A stretch of DNA of 64,000 nucleotides from Camelus ferus (lineage: Eukaryota), in NCBI RefSeq assembly GCF_009834535.1, contig NC_045717.1, forward strand, positions 17,608,001 to 17,672,000. The letters run 5' to 3'. Below are positions 35,869 through 49,100 of this stretch, piece after piece. The notes under the pieces were generated by a model. The model was not told where the DNA came from, ran no database searches, and saw nothing but the letters and a program-made list of their open reading frames with translations. Position numbers and translations under genes: made by a program. The stretch's first letter is position 1. Each line of letters opens with the position of its first letter.

Positions 35869-37149
35869 TTGTTTTCCTTAAGTGCATTTATCGATGTAAA
35901 CAGAGCATGTTAAGAGATTCCAGGGGAGAGCAGACTATTGCTGGTATGTTGGTTTTAATTCAAAAAAGAAAAAAAGAAAGAAAAAAAAAAACTATCGTGC
36001 CAACAGCTTGGATGGACAGCAGCTCGTGGGGTGGCGGGAGAAAAAAAGAAAAAGAAAGGTTCCCTGGTGACACCCCTCTGCCCTGGTTACCTGGGTTCCG
36101 ACTGCAGTCTCCACGGGAAGGCGGAGCTGTCAAAACAGAACTGGGCGGCTGCAGTTAGAAACCCACCTGGACTGCTCCTGCAGTCAGTCCCTGTGGGCCA
36201 CCCTGCGCTCTCTGCCACATCCAGCCGGGGGTATGTTCCTGATCACCCAGATTGGCTGTGGGGAATCAAAGACGGAATCGCCTGCTGGCATGACGACCTG
36301 GTGAAGTAAAAATCTCTGCTAGAAAAAACATCTGATTTGGAGATGGTGGGATGGCGAAGAGGAGGAGGCTCCCCGACTGCAGGCGGGCCGCGTGTTGACT
36401 GCGTTTTGGGGTCACCCACATGACATGTACGGTGACCCCTCGGTGCTCAGGTGGAGCGCAGAGCAACCTGCTGGCCATGTCCGAGGCCCAGCTGGACCAT
36501 GGGACCAAAACCTGGCTGTAAACAGGAAAGGCCACTCCATGCTTCTTTCCTCAGGATTTCCTTAATTTGTGCTTCCCTTTGGTTTGACTGTTAAAATGAC
36601 AGGCGGGGGGGGGGGATAACGGTTTCTGTCACTTGTCCAAAAACTCAAGAGAAGAGGTGAAAGCGGGTGTTGGAGGCGCTGGGCAGGCGCCTCCCGGGCC
36701 TGCTGTGAGTCACCTCTCCCAGGAAGCGGAGCCGGCACTCCTGAGCCGTCAGTGGCCTTTGGGAGCCTCCCTCCTGCCGCAGGGGGCGTGGACGGGTTTT
36801 CCAGCGGGGCTTTAGCTGTGTCAAGGCCCAGAGATGGAGGCCTGCCATTGCTGGCTGCTACTGACGGCCGCGCCTCCACTCCCTCTCTCTGTCAAGTTAT
36901 TCGAGGCGTGGACCCATTTGACGGATGTCGCAGAAAAAATAGCAGATTCTGAACTCATTCCATCTCCACAGTTGAAAAAGATCAGTTACTAAAATAAACA
37001 ATTTCTCGATTGTGTTCTGGTGGCCATGGGCCCGGGAGCCGAGGCGCGGCGGGGGGTGTTGTGGGGGATGGCCCTGGCTGAGTGAGGGGCTCACTCAGGA
37101 CAGGCACAGTCAGCTCGGCTGAGCGAGGCTCAGAGTAAGGCGGCCTTCC

Positions 37150-40100
37150 TCACAGAAGAACACATCGGAAAAAGCTGCTCCTCTTCTGCTGGTCTGGTGT
37201 GATTTTGACTCCCTGGTTGCTCCCCTGGGGGCTGTTGCCTTCCTGAAATTGCAAGAGGTTTTCCGAGATTACGGCTGAGCATCATGAGTACCAAGTCTCT
37301 TAACCAACCAGCCAGCCAACTAATGAACCAACCAACCAACCATCCGTCATCCATCCATCCACCTCCCTTGCTCCCTTCCTTCCAACCAGCCAACCACCTA
37401 TCCATTCCGTCCCAACCAACTGCCCATCCACCCCCTCCCATCCATCCATCCCTGCCCTTCCAACCAACAATCCACCTGTCTATTCCCTTCCATCTAACCA
37501 CCCGCTTCCTTCATCCATCCATCTATCCAACTGTCCCCTCCAACAGACAACTCATCTTTCACAAACCCAGAGATCTGTTTTTTCATCTGCTACCGCACCC
37601 ACCACTCCTTCTAACCATCCATTCTCTTAATCACTTATTCACCTACCCATCCACCCCCTGTCCATGCATCTTCTCAGCATCTTTGCAACCACAGATTCAC
37701 CTATCTCACTCTCCTCTTTCCCTACTTCCTTCTCTGTATTGAGCCACCCTTTCTCCTTTCCATCCATCTACCTACCCATCTATGTTGAGCATGTTATCAG
37801 TGAGGCAGCTGAGGGGCAGCAGAAAGGCTCTCTCGGGATTGGAGGGGCTGGGTTGAAAGATCCCAGTGCCACCCACACCTAGCTGGTCTCCATGCCCCTG
37901 TGCCAAGGCTCTGCTCACCATCTCTCCCCACAGTCTGCCTTCCACCCTGCTGCAGGTGACGTAAGCCCTAAACTCAAGATCTGTTGAAAACCCATCACTG
38001 CTGCTGCCCAGCATTTGAAGTCTCTGATCTGGCCCCCGCTGACCCTGGGAACTGAGATCCTATCTTCGCCCACGGCACCATGCTTGGAAAGGCTCGGCCC
38101 TGTTTCTTGGACTAATTCCTTTTCATCTTCTAGCTCTCAGGTCAGACTTAACTTTATTCAACAGCAACTGTCGACTGTTGGGCGCTGCCATGGGCACTGC
38201 GTATGCAGTGGCGGACAAGACCAGCTCCCCTGCCTTAGGGAGCTCACATGGTATGTGGGAGAATGGAAATCACACAGGGACACAGATCAGCATGAGTCCC
38301 TGTAGTGGTGCGTAATGAGAGGGAAGAGGTGGGGCGAGTGGTGGAGGGGTGTTCTGATGGTGATATCTGAGCAGAGGCCTCGTGGAGTGAGGGAGTGAGG
38401 CCGGGGACGGTCCAGGGGCTGTGGTCAGCAGAGTAACTGCCCCCAAGGATGTCCATGCCTTCATCCCTGGCACCTGTGAATTGAGTCTCTGACACGGCAG
38501 GAGGGACTGTGCAGATGTGATCAAGGTGAGGGGGGAGAGTGTCCTGGATCATTCAGGTGGGTCAGGAAGGAGCAGGGAGGATGGAAGCAGGCTCAGAGAG
38601 ATGCTGAGAGGCTGGCTGGGAAGACGCAGGAAGGGGTCATGAGGCAGGGAATGCTGTGGCCTCTAGAAGCTTGACCAGGCAAGGAAACGGTCCTGCCCTG
38701 GAACCTCCAGCAAGGATGGCAGCTCTGCTGACACCCTGCTCTTGGCCTGGTGAGACCCACTTCCGACTTCTGACCTCCACATTAAGATAAGAAATGTGTA
38801 TTGTTTAAATGGCTAAGTGTGTTCTGGGAGTTTGTTATGGTGGCCAGAGGAAACAAATGCAAGTGGGGAGCAGCCCAGGTAGAGGGGAAAGAAAGATCCA
38901 GACGCGCCTGGGGTGCTCAGGGAACAAGCAAAGGCCAGCATGGCGGGGCCAAGGGGAGGACAGGGAAGCAGCAGGTGGCAAGATGGAGCAAGCGGCAGCA
39001 GCCAGAGCACAAGTGGGGTGGGCCCTGGGGGAGCCTGGCTTTCTATGAGGCTCTTAAGAGAGGAGACAGAACAGAGGGAGGTGGGGAAGGCAGAGCCAGG
39101 CACATCAGTGATGTAGGATGGATACAAACTCGCAGCTAGCAGAAACGAAAGTTCTGGAGAGCTAATGCACTGTGTGGTGATTCTAGTCGGTGACACTGGA
39201 CTGTGGCCATACCTCCATTTACTGCGCTTCACAGGTACTGTGTCTTCCACAAACTGAATGTGTGTGGCAGCCCCGTGTTGAGCAAATCTATCTATTGGTG
39301 CCATTTTTCCAACCGCATCTGCTTACTTCGTGTCTCTGTGTCACATTTTGATAATTCGCACACTATTTCAAACTTTTCCATTGTATGTGTTATGGTAATC
39401 TGTGATCAGTGATCTTTGGTGTTACCGTTGCAAAGAGATTATGACTTGCTCAGATGATGGTTAGCATTTTTGGGGGGACAATAGAGTATCTTATAATTAA
39501 GGTATGCACTTTTTCTTTTTTTTTTTTTAGATATAATGCTGTTGTGTGTTTAATAGACCACAGTACAGTGTAGACAACTTTTATAGGCCAGGCACTGGGA
39601 AACCAGAAAATGCGTGTGACTTGCCTTACTGTGATATTCACTTTATTGTGGTGGTCTGGAACCAAACCCACAGTATCTCCGAGGTAGGCTTGTATAAACG
39701 TCAAAGCTGCTGAGACACTAGACCTTAATTGTTCTCAACACGAAGACGAAAGTGATGTTTATGGGACGTGACAGAGGTCTTAGCTGACGCTATGGCGGTA
39801 ATCGCACTGCAACACACAAATACCAAACCAACATGCTGTATGCCTCAAACTTCCACAATACTGCATGTCGACTATATTAAGAAAAAAGAAGACCCATATA
39901 AAATGGTATGGGGCTGAAACTCTGAACATAAACAAAGGTGGGAGGAAATGGATGGAATTTAACTGTTGGTGATTTGCCACTGAGGCAACAGAGAAAGAGA
40001 AACTGCGAGGATTATGGCTGAGCCAGCACTTCACCATCCAAGCCTGGGAAGGATACAGCGCATTCTGGAGGTGACCAACAGGCCTCCATCAAAAGCCCAG

Positions 40101-43100
40101 GCACAGTGTTGCCGTGATGCTCAGGGTAACTCCCAGTGGGTGAAACTGAGTCAGGAGGATTGCTAAGAATTAAAATTCTACTATTATATTGAAGAGGAAA
40201 GAATTCTAAGAAAACTACAATTTTAAGAAAAAGTTTTGTAAAATGTCAGCTTATGTGGGCTATTTTCCATTTTGGCTAAAGAACTGCTATTTAATCAGTT
40301 GATCACATGCCTTGCAATTCAATTCACAGCATCTTAGAACTATGAAAATAATGCTCGTTTTAAATCAGATGTCAACTACTTGAATGGCGTTTTGTATTGC
40401 GCAGCCTTGTATGACCAGATGCAGAACAAGTCACAAATGGAGTGCTTCACGCTCTCACATCGGAAAACAGGGAGCATTGCTGGGTGGGAAAGAGTGGTCG
40501 ATGGAACAGAGGCTCTGGAGCAAGACTCACACCAACATTTAGGTGCTAAACACGCCCAAAATATAGCCAAGCATTCAGACTCCACCAAGAAAGCACTAGC
40601 CCCGCTGCATGCTGGGGACTGTGAACCTGCTCACATGGTAAACAAAACAGCCGGAAATGAATGACAGGGCGGGTGGGAAGGGATTCAGGCCTCAGAGCCC
40701 CAGGACCCACCAAAGCTTGTCACAACCTGCAGAATTTGGGGCTGGAAGGATAAAAAAGGCGATCAACCTGCCAGATTCGTCAGGACAGGAAGCCAGCGGT
40801 TGTCAGAGGCCTTGCTGGGGGATCTCAGAGCATGGAATCTTGGCCCCCTTCCCAGCCAGGCCCTGAGAAGCAGTACTTGCCCAGGGATGCATTACATCAC
40901 TGAGGGTGATGCCGGCCGGGTCCAACAGGGGTGCACGCAGGGATCTGGGAAGGACACACACTCACCAATTTTTTATCCATTTTTGCTTTGATGTCTCTGG
41001 CGAGAGTGAAAAATGCCTGCAGAATAAGCACACAGTCAGTATCCCTGGAGTGGGAAGCAGATGGGGGCCTGCTGGTTCCTGTTCCCCGCTGTGCAGTGGG
41101 CATGGCTCAAGAGCAGGGCCAGTTGGGGAAAGTTTTAGGACAGAGACCCGGCACAGGTCTCACCTGTCCAGCCCCATCTCCCGCCCCTACTGGGGTACCC
41201 TCATCCACCCAGACCACCACTTCCCCTGAGCCAATGACACTGGGAGGTGGGATCACCCTCAACTGGTCAGAGAGGAAACTGAGGCTTGGAGGGGCCAACT
41301 GACTTGTTCCAAGGCACCCAGTGGCTATCTCTGTCCCTGACCCCTGTGCTCTGCCGGCCCGCTTTGCCCCTCTTCTGAGAGTCAGGGGCAGGGCAGAAAG
41401 ATAAGCGGCTCTTTGGCCAAGCAAGCTTCATTTTGGGTCCTTGTCCAGTAGGAAGGCCTCAAAGGCCTGGCAGGTGAGGTGGAAGGTTCATCTTCCCCAG
41501 GTCGGCAAAGGATCAAGCGGGCCTGACCCTGGGCTGTTGCCTCTGTCCCAATCTCCTGGCCATTTCCTCCCTTCCCTCAACTGGACAGTACTTAGAAACC
41601 CGACTCTGACACAACCCTGCCCTGGGCCTCAGAGAGATGAATCGTCCTCAGCATTTCTTCCTGGTCTGGTGAGAGGCAGTCTTAGCAAACAGCCCTGTGA
41701 TGTGGAAAGTCTGGCCATGGGGGGTGGCTCAGGATGCTGGGGATGCCCAAAGTGGTGGGCCTAAGGGTCTGGGGGATGGCAGGGGCTTTTGGGGGGAGGG
41801 GCGACACAGGCTGGGCCCTGATGGGAAAGGAGTGTGTGTGTGGGAGGGAACAGGACAGTGGAAAAGGCTTAGAGGAGGGTGGCAAAGGTGGCCAGGGATG
41901 GCGAGCGGTGGGTGAGGCCTGAGGCACACGCTGCTTGGGGCCAGCTGGGGAGGGCCCTCTGTGCCATGTGTAGGGGTCTGAGGTCGGGAGTGGTGTGCAA
42001 GATCTGTTTTGGAAAGATTGCTGGGCGGGAGGTGGGAGGAATGGAGGAGAAGGCAGGTCAGCTGCCGGGCTGGTGTGGCTAGAGAGGAGAGGAAGCCTGG
42101 GCCGAGGCTCAGTCAGGGCCCCCTACTCTGCCTGGGCTGTGACTGGGGCCTGTCTGTGTGCATGGTGAGAATGAAAACACCAACCTGGAGCCAGGCCTGG
42201 GCACTAGCCAGCTGGGACTCTCTGAGCCTCGGTTTCCCCGCCTGCAAAACTGTGCCTGCTCCCAGGGCTGCTCGAGAGCCAGCAAGATGAAGTCCTAGGT
42301 CAGAACATGGGGGCGACGCTCCCGAGCTGCCTGGGCCTGGCGCGTGGCACTGCCCAGGAAGTGCCTCTCGGCGGGCCGTCCAGGAGGGCAGCTGGAGCCT
42401 GCACCAGTCCCTGAGGCGGAGCGTCTCTGAACCCCCTGGCCCCGAACCGTGGGCTTGGGACTCACGTTCTCCACGTTGATGTTGGCCTTTGCGCTGGTCT
42501 CCATGAACTTGATTCCATAGTCCAGGGCCAGCTGCGAGGGAGGGAGACACACATGAACATCAGCCACCAGGTGTCCCTGACTCCTATGCAGCACCCGGAG
42601 TTGGGAACAATGAGGGGTGGGGCCTGCACCCTCTAGCCACCAGTGGAGAGCAGGTGGTGAGTGTCCCTGGCAGGAGGGTGGAGGGGGCCAGGCTCTGTTC
42701 TCTGCCCTCTGTGGCCTCAACAGGTCCCACGAAACACTGAGTGGGAGCAGAGCACACCCGAGGAGCCTTCACTGCTTTCAGTCTTTAGCCTGAAGCCTGG
42801 CTGGGCGAGGGCTTTCCACCTTCTCTTCTCATGGCACACGCCCCACTGGGGCAACCAATTTGCCCAGCAAAGTCCTGCGTCCCGGGACTCCCTCAGACTT
42901 GGACAAGACAGGATGGCAGGTCTCCTTATGCTCATAAAGATTATGAGGGAGTCTCCCTAAAGCCCAGCCTCTCCATCTGCGAGCAATCTGGGGGCCCTCT
43001 GGGGCAGGGCAGGGCTGACCCACCCCGTGGCACCCAGCGGCCACCATGCCCACCTTCTCTCCCCGTTCCCTGGAAACTTGTCTCTTGTCGTTCACGTCGC

Positions 43101-46100
43101 ACTTGTTCCCGAGTATCATCTTTTCGACATCTGCAGAGGCGTGCTGCAAGGAGAGGGGCAGACGGGGCAGGTGAGAGGTGAGGTCAGAACCGGACAACTT
43201 GTAGACCATCCCCCAAGATCAGAACGGTGGGTCAGGGCTGCTAGGCACGCCCTTACAGGTGACAAGCTGAAGTTCAGAGAGGCTGAGTGGCCCGTCCTAT
43301 GTCACACAACCAATGTCAGGGCAGAGTTCAGGGTTCTGGCTGCTACTCTGACCAAGTGCATGCTCTCTGACTGCCAAGGACGGCCTCCCGTGCCTGTCCT
43401 TGGGCTCCTGGCGGGGTCTGGCTTATGGGAGGCAAGCGAGGCTGGGATTCCCGTCTCTGCTCACCTCCCGTCCTCCCGGGCTCCTCTGCTGGAGGCCCCA
43501 GCTGCGGTCCCAGGACCTTCCATCCTGCTCTATCTCACTCTCTCTGGGCTCTGGAAACAGGCTGTGCCTGGGGTAGTCACAGCCTTTGGTCACTGGTCAC
43601 CACCAGCCTTGGGTGCTTTGCCATCCCCTGGCGTTCCCTGAAATCTGCCCTCTGCCTGAAAATGGCTCCCTCCTCCAAACCTCCCCTGCACTCCACCACA
43701 GTGGGCCTCACTTCCCGAAGGACTGGGTCATCGGACAGGCCCTTCTCACTGCAGCTCATATCTGCTCTCTGGGAAACATGTCCCGCTCCTCCCTAATTTC
43801 CTACTGACCAGCAGGCCCTCTTGCCTACTGGCCAGAACAGAGCTTCCACAGAGCCTAGCGTGAGGTGAGCAGCTCCCCTCCTCAGCCTCCTGTTAGCAAA
43901 TGCGGGGTCACCGGGAGGCGGCCCAGTGCAGCTGCTCACAGACGCTGGCTGCGACGTGACCTTTGGCCCTGGCTTCACAGGTGGGTGAAGTTCTCAGACC
44001 CGAAGCCCCACCTCGTGAGTCATCCAAAGCCACAGGTGCATCGTCCAGGGAGGCCCTAGGGGCAAGGGGAAGCTCTCTGGAGAGTGGGAAGGGGATGACA
44101 CTGGCCCTTGGATGGGGAGGCCAGGCTGGCTGCCTTCTCTTCCCTCCTGGTTCAAGGTCTCCTTTCACAGGCAACTGCAGTTTGAGCACGGGGAGCTCAC
44201 TCCACCTCACACCCTGCTCTCCTGTAGCTCAAAGTACAACTGACACCTCTCACCACACCCAGCAAATACAAAGGTCAACACCAATTCTAGAACCTTCCTT
44301 CTCTAGAAAGCACCAAATGCTCACAGTGACGAAGAGCCTAGATAGATATCCTCCATTCGTGACCTCAATGTCACCCAAACCCAACAACCCAGCTGGGGAA
44401 ATGGGCTCTCGGGGCTTCTCTGTGACAAGGCCAGGTCACCGATGTGACCTTTCACCCGCAGGCCAGACCCCACCACACCCGTGCTCACAGAGGAGCCTCG
44501 CTGGCTCCCCGCTGCCAGTAGGCTAAGTATGGCCACCTGCCTTGGCAGGCAGTGAGGGTTCCCGGCCCCCTCTGATAGTGCTCCCGGCTACAGGGCTCTT
44601 GGCGAGTTACCCATAGGTGTCTCTGTGCTCAGTGATCTCACATGTAAACCAGCGGGCTCCGGGGTGAGGACTGGGGAGAGGATGAGTGGGGCGTTCCTGC
44701 AGGTGGGAGGGGCCTGCAAGTCTTACCTCCTCAATGTTCCGAATCCAGTTCCGGATGTTGTCGAAGGACTTCTCGTTGGTGATGTCGTAGACCAGCATGA
44801 TGCCCTGAGCAGGGGGAGACAGAGACGTGCACTCTGGACGAGCTGCCAGCTCTCTGGCAGGGAGGCCCCAGCAAGGTGGGGTGGCAGGGACCCCGACAGG
44901 ACACCCCTCCCCCGGGCCCTTCCTCCTGCTGGGCTCCAGCGCTTGCCTCTCCCTTGGGTCCCAGGCTCTAGTCCTGCTCCTTGGCCACCGATGCGACCCT
45001 TCTCCCTGGTGAACAGACCCCACCCCACCGGCGCTTACAGAGGCTTGCTGGCTCCCTGCTGCCGGCAGGAAGAGCGCGGCCCACGCACCCGCAGCCAGCG
45101 AGGCCCCAGCAGCCGACCTCCCAGCCTCACATCCTGCAGCTCCCTGTTCCACAGGCGGCGTTCCACGGCTCTGACACCCACCGCACTCCCCCTCGCACCA
45201 ACTCTTTCCTGGGCTCGGCCTCTTCCACACCCTCACTCACCACCCACCCCCGGCCCCTGGCCTGAGTTGCCTCATAGGCTTGGCCAGCGCCACCTTCTCT
45301 GGTAGCCCCACTGTCACCCCTCGTCTGGTGCCTCCCATGTGCTTCTCCCTGAAGCCTCACAGGCTGGGTCGGGTGGTCCCAATGTGAGAATGGGGAACCT
45401 GAGGCTGGGGGGTCGGGGGCTAGGTCCCTGTGTCCAGTCACCCGAGACAGTAAAGGACACAACTGGGTCTGAGGCCAGGGGGACAGATCCCATGAGGGAA
45501 GACCCACATGCCTTCCAGAGACCCCATCAGAGTGGGGGCTGGCTTCAAACACCAGGGCAGGCAATGCTGAGGCTTCCGGGGTTCCATATCCCACGTGTGA
45601 GCACCTGGGAGACGGTCCACGGGTCCTGAAATAACTGCAGAGTAAACCCGCCTCTGCATGAGCCCACGATCTTGCCAACACCCAAGAGAAGGGCAAATAT
45701 CCCCGTTTGATTCAAGGGGAAACCGAGATGCAGAGAAGTGACCTTTAAGATTTAAGCCCAGCTCTGAAGGAACTGATGACACCGGTTCCCGTTAGGAATC
45801 TTCCTGGGTCCTCCTCAGGATCAAGCAATGCTCAGGGCCACCCTTCAGTGGTCCCCGGACATCCCCATGGCAAGCCAGCCTGCAGCATTCTCACAGGTCC
45901 CCATGCAGCTCAGCCCCTGGGCTCCAAGGCACGTGGTCCCAGCTGTCTGGCCCGGGGCCCAGCTTACTCCCTTCCCTCCCTCTACCTGCTCCCAGGGCCA
46001 AGCCCTCCATCCACAAGCTCTAGTGATAGCCAAGGCGTCTCCGAGGCCGCCTGAATTCGCAGAGTAAGAGCTTAGGCTGTGTGTGATGGGAGATAACCAC

Positions 46101-49100
46101 CAGGGCAGGGGTGTGACCAAACCACAGGCAGGGCAAGCGGGCCACTGCAATTCCAAACCCACACTGTGCCCTTGAGGATATACATGGTGGCCTTACAGCC
46201 TGTCACAAACGCCACCTGGGATCCCTCATTCAGTGTTCTCCTAGGGAGACTGAATAGAGATAGCTGACGAGAGAACTCGGAAGAGTTTTCACTGGCTGTG
46301 ATGTCTGCCACGCCCAGCCAAGGCCAGCCGAGGTACAGATGCTGGCGGGCAGACTCTGAGTTGAGCATCACTGGGGCCTCTGCCTAGCAAGCTGCCCTCC
46401 TGTCAGGGGCAAGAAAGGCCACAGGGCTGTTAGGCTTTTCTGCCCCTTTATCCAGGGACTGGCTCCTCTGATGGCCCAGGATTCCGCCGCCACCACCACC
46501 AGGTTGACACCACATATGCAAGATTCCAAGGTCCTGGATTATTACCTATGGGGGGCTGGGGGCAGTGGGTAGAGCTATCAGGAAAGAGCAGAAGTCCCTG
46601 GAAAACATAGTGTCACTCCATTCTAGGCCCTCCCTGAAGCTCCCCCTGGGCTCCGAGTGACCATTTTCTTACCCGTCTGGGCACAGCTCCCCATATCTAC
46701 CTGCAAACTCAAAACAGGACCCTGGACATTTGATGTTCCCCAAATTTGGGACCCAAGGGTCTAGTACCACAAGGACAAAGATGATGACAGGGCTGAACTA
46801 ATGGCAATCTTTGCACTGTTCTGCACAGTTGCCACCACCCACACAAGGCTGTGAGGGGATGTGACCTCGGGGCTGGGGTTCCTACCTTAACTGATTTAAA
46901 GTCCAACAACCATACATGGCTAGCGGCTTCCTTATGCATTAGGCCAGGTCTAGGAGGATGCAATCATCTTGGGGCTGGATAGGGTCTTACGTATGGCTCA
47001 GTCCAGACTTGTTGGGGCTGGCTGAGGATGTGGGCACTAGAGAGAAACAGCCACTACTGGCCGAGACATCGACCCTCTGTGTGAACTGAAGCAGGGGCTG
47101 GAATGGCACTGACCCTCAGTTTCCTCATCTGTAAAATGGGGATAACCATGGAACCCACTCTCAGGAGTTTATGGCCAAGACCTGGGCCCAGTGACTGCTG
47201 CAGGGAAGGGCTGGGTGAAGGGGGTCGGGGGTGATTTTTCAGCCCAGAGAGGGATGGGATCTACCTGAAGCCACACAGCAGAAGCTCCCCCAGGACCCCA
47301 GAGCCCCCGCCCCTCCAGAGCACAGCAAGGTGAGGGAAAAATTAGTAAATTAATTTTAATGAGAACTAAGGTTGCAACCCACAAGATTGAGTTTCTATTA
47401 TGTTCAGACACCGTGTGGGATACTGTAAATACTTAATGCCTCTATTCATTTCTGCCGTTCACCAGCAGTTCCTACTGCATACACAGCGTGGTCCCAGGCA
47501 TCGGGTGTGTGGCAGGGACACAGCCCTCCTGGAGCTTATGCCTAGTGGAGGAAACACGTGTCTATGCAGTTGATCGAGGGGGCGTGGCATGTAAGGGATG
47601 GGGCATGCTGGGAGCTGAAATTGGGGAGACGGCCATCCACCCTCCTAGCTGCCTGGATGTACTCCTGTTCTCTGTTCCACTTTCACAGGGTGACCCAGGG
47701 GCTGAGCCAGGTCCTGGGAACCTACCTCCCATTCTTGGCAGTCCCTGGGCACCCTACTCCATTCACACCTCACAGGTGCATGACCTGCTCGGGGACCTTG
47801 GGGGCAGGGCCCTGGCCCATTCTGGGGGCCCTGTGTGTATTATTCAGGCCTGGCCTGGAGAAGGGGCTCAGTAAAAATGTCTGAGAGATGACAGACGAGT
47901 CTTCCTATCACATCACCCGCCTCAGGCCCAGGCAACAAATGTTAATGGCCAACCAGCCCAGAGCAAGTCAGCTCCTGGACGATCTTCCAAGTTTTCGGTA
48001 GCAAATTCCAGAGACCGACGGGGGCCACCTGAGTGCTCTTAAGTGTCGGGGCATGTCGGCTCCGATTTCACTGACCTCACCCAGAAGAACCGGCTTCCTG
48101 TGTCTTCCTTCATTCCTAGAGAATTAGGTTTCCTTAAACCCTGCATTGTCCTTGGAGCCAGAAGGGGATGTATGGACGAAGAGGTGGAGGTGGGGCACAC
48201 AGCCTTTTCCCAAAACTAACTCAGAACCAAGGACCCCTGAAGAGCCAGAGCACGGGCTCCCTAGAAACACCCAGATTTTGGTATCCAAGTCAGTGATGTT
48301 CATTTTGACTTAAAAAAAAAAAAAAGACAACCACCCCCCCAAAGCCAATCCGTACCATCGCGCCCCTGTAGTAAGCCGTTGTGATCGTCCGAAACCGTTC
48401 CTGACCAGCTGTGTCCCTAAAGATGACAAGAAGGGGTATTAGTGACACAGAATGAGAACAGTCGTCACAGTGAGAACGAGGGGCCTTTACCCAGGATGGA
48501 CGCCCAGCTTTCTCATGGGTCACCTCCTGATTCACTGTCCTACTGTGGGGCACCCCAATCCTTGCATTATTACAGAGACGGAAACTGAGGCTTGGGCGTG
48601 TGTCTGATGTCTCCTGGCTGGGGATGCGGCAGAACCACGAGGTCTCTTTCACACCTTGGCTCCCTGGGAATCTCCCCGGAGTCTCTGGGCCCCGTAAGAG
48701 CCAAGGGTGGATGTTATTATTTGTGAAAATCTGGGTCCTCCGGTGTGGAAGGGGCTGGTTAAGTGACATGGAAACACAGCCCTCACCGGTGGGCTGAGCC
48801 GGGTGAGATCAGTGGGGCTTGGGAAGCACTTCCACACTCGCTATCTCGGTGGGGGCCAAGGGGAGAGTCCTTCTACCTCAGTAAGGAGGCGACACCTGGT
48901 AAGACATGCCCAGCTCTTGGAAGGGAGTGTGTTCAGTTTGGTTTAAAGGCGACTTAACTGATTGATGGTGGAGCCAGGGTAAGACCATGTCTTTTGTCTC
49001 TGGGCCCAAGGTTCCTCCTGTGACCCTGCATCACCCTCTGTGCTGGGCTCTGCATATCTGGACTATACAGAAGCCCCTCGTTTGGGGCTCAGTTGACTTT

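Noticed and set aside
37130-37742. Long ORFs of 123 aa (-) and 152 aa (+) rich in W/G/D or P/S/H
   Set aside because: Translations of the (TGGA/CCAT)n low-complexity tract; no splice or homology support.
43027-45696. Several 180-226 aa ORFs inside RAB8A introns
   Set aside because: GC-rich intronic sequence with few stops; the only recognisable segments are the true RAB8A exons.
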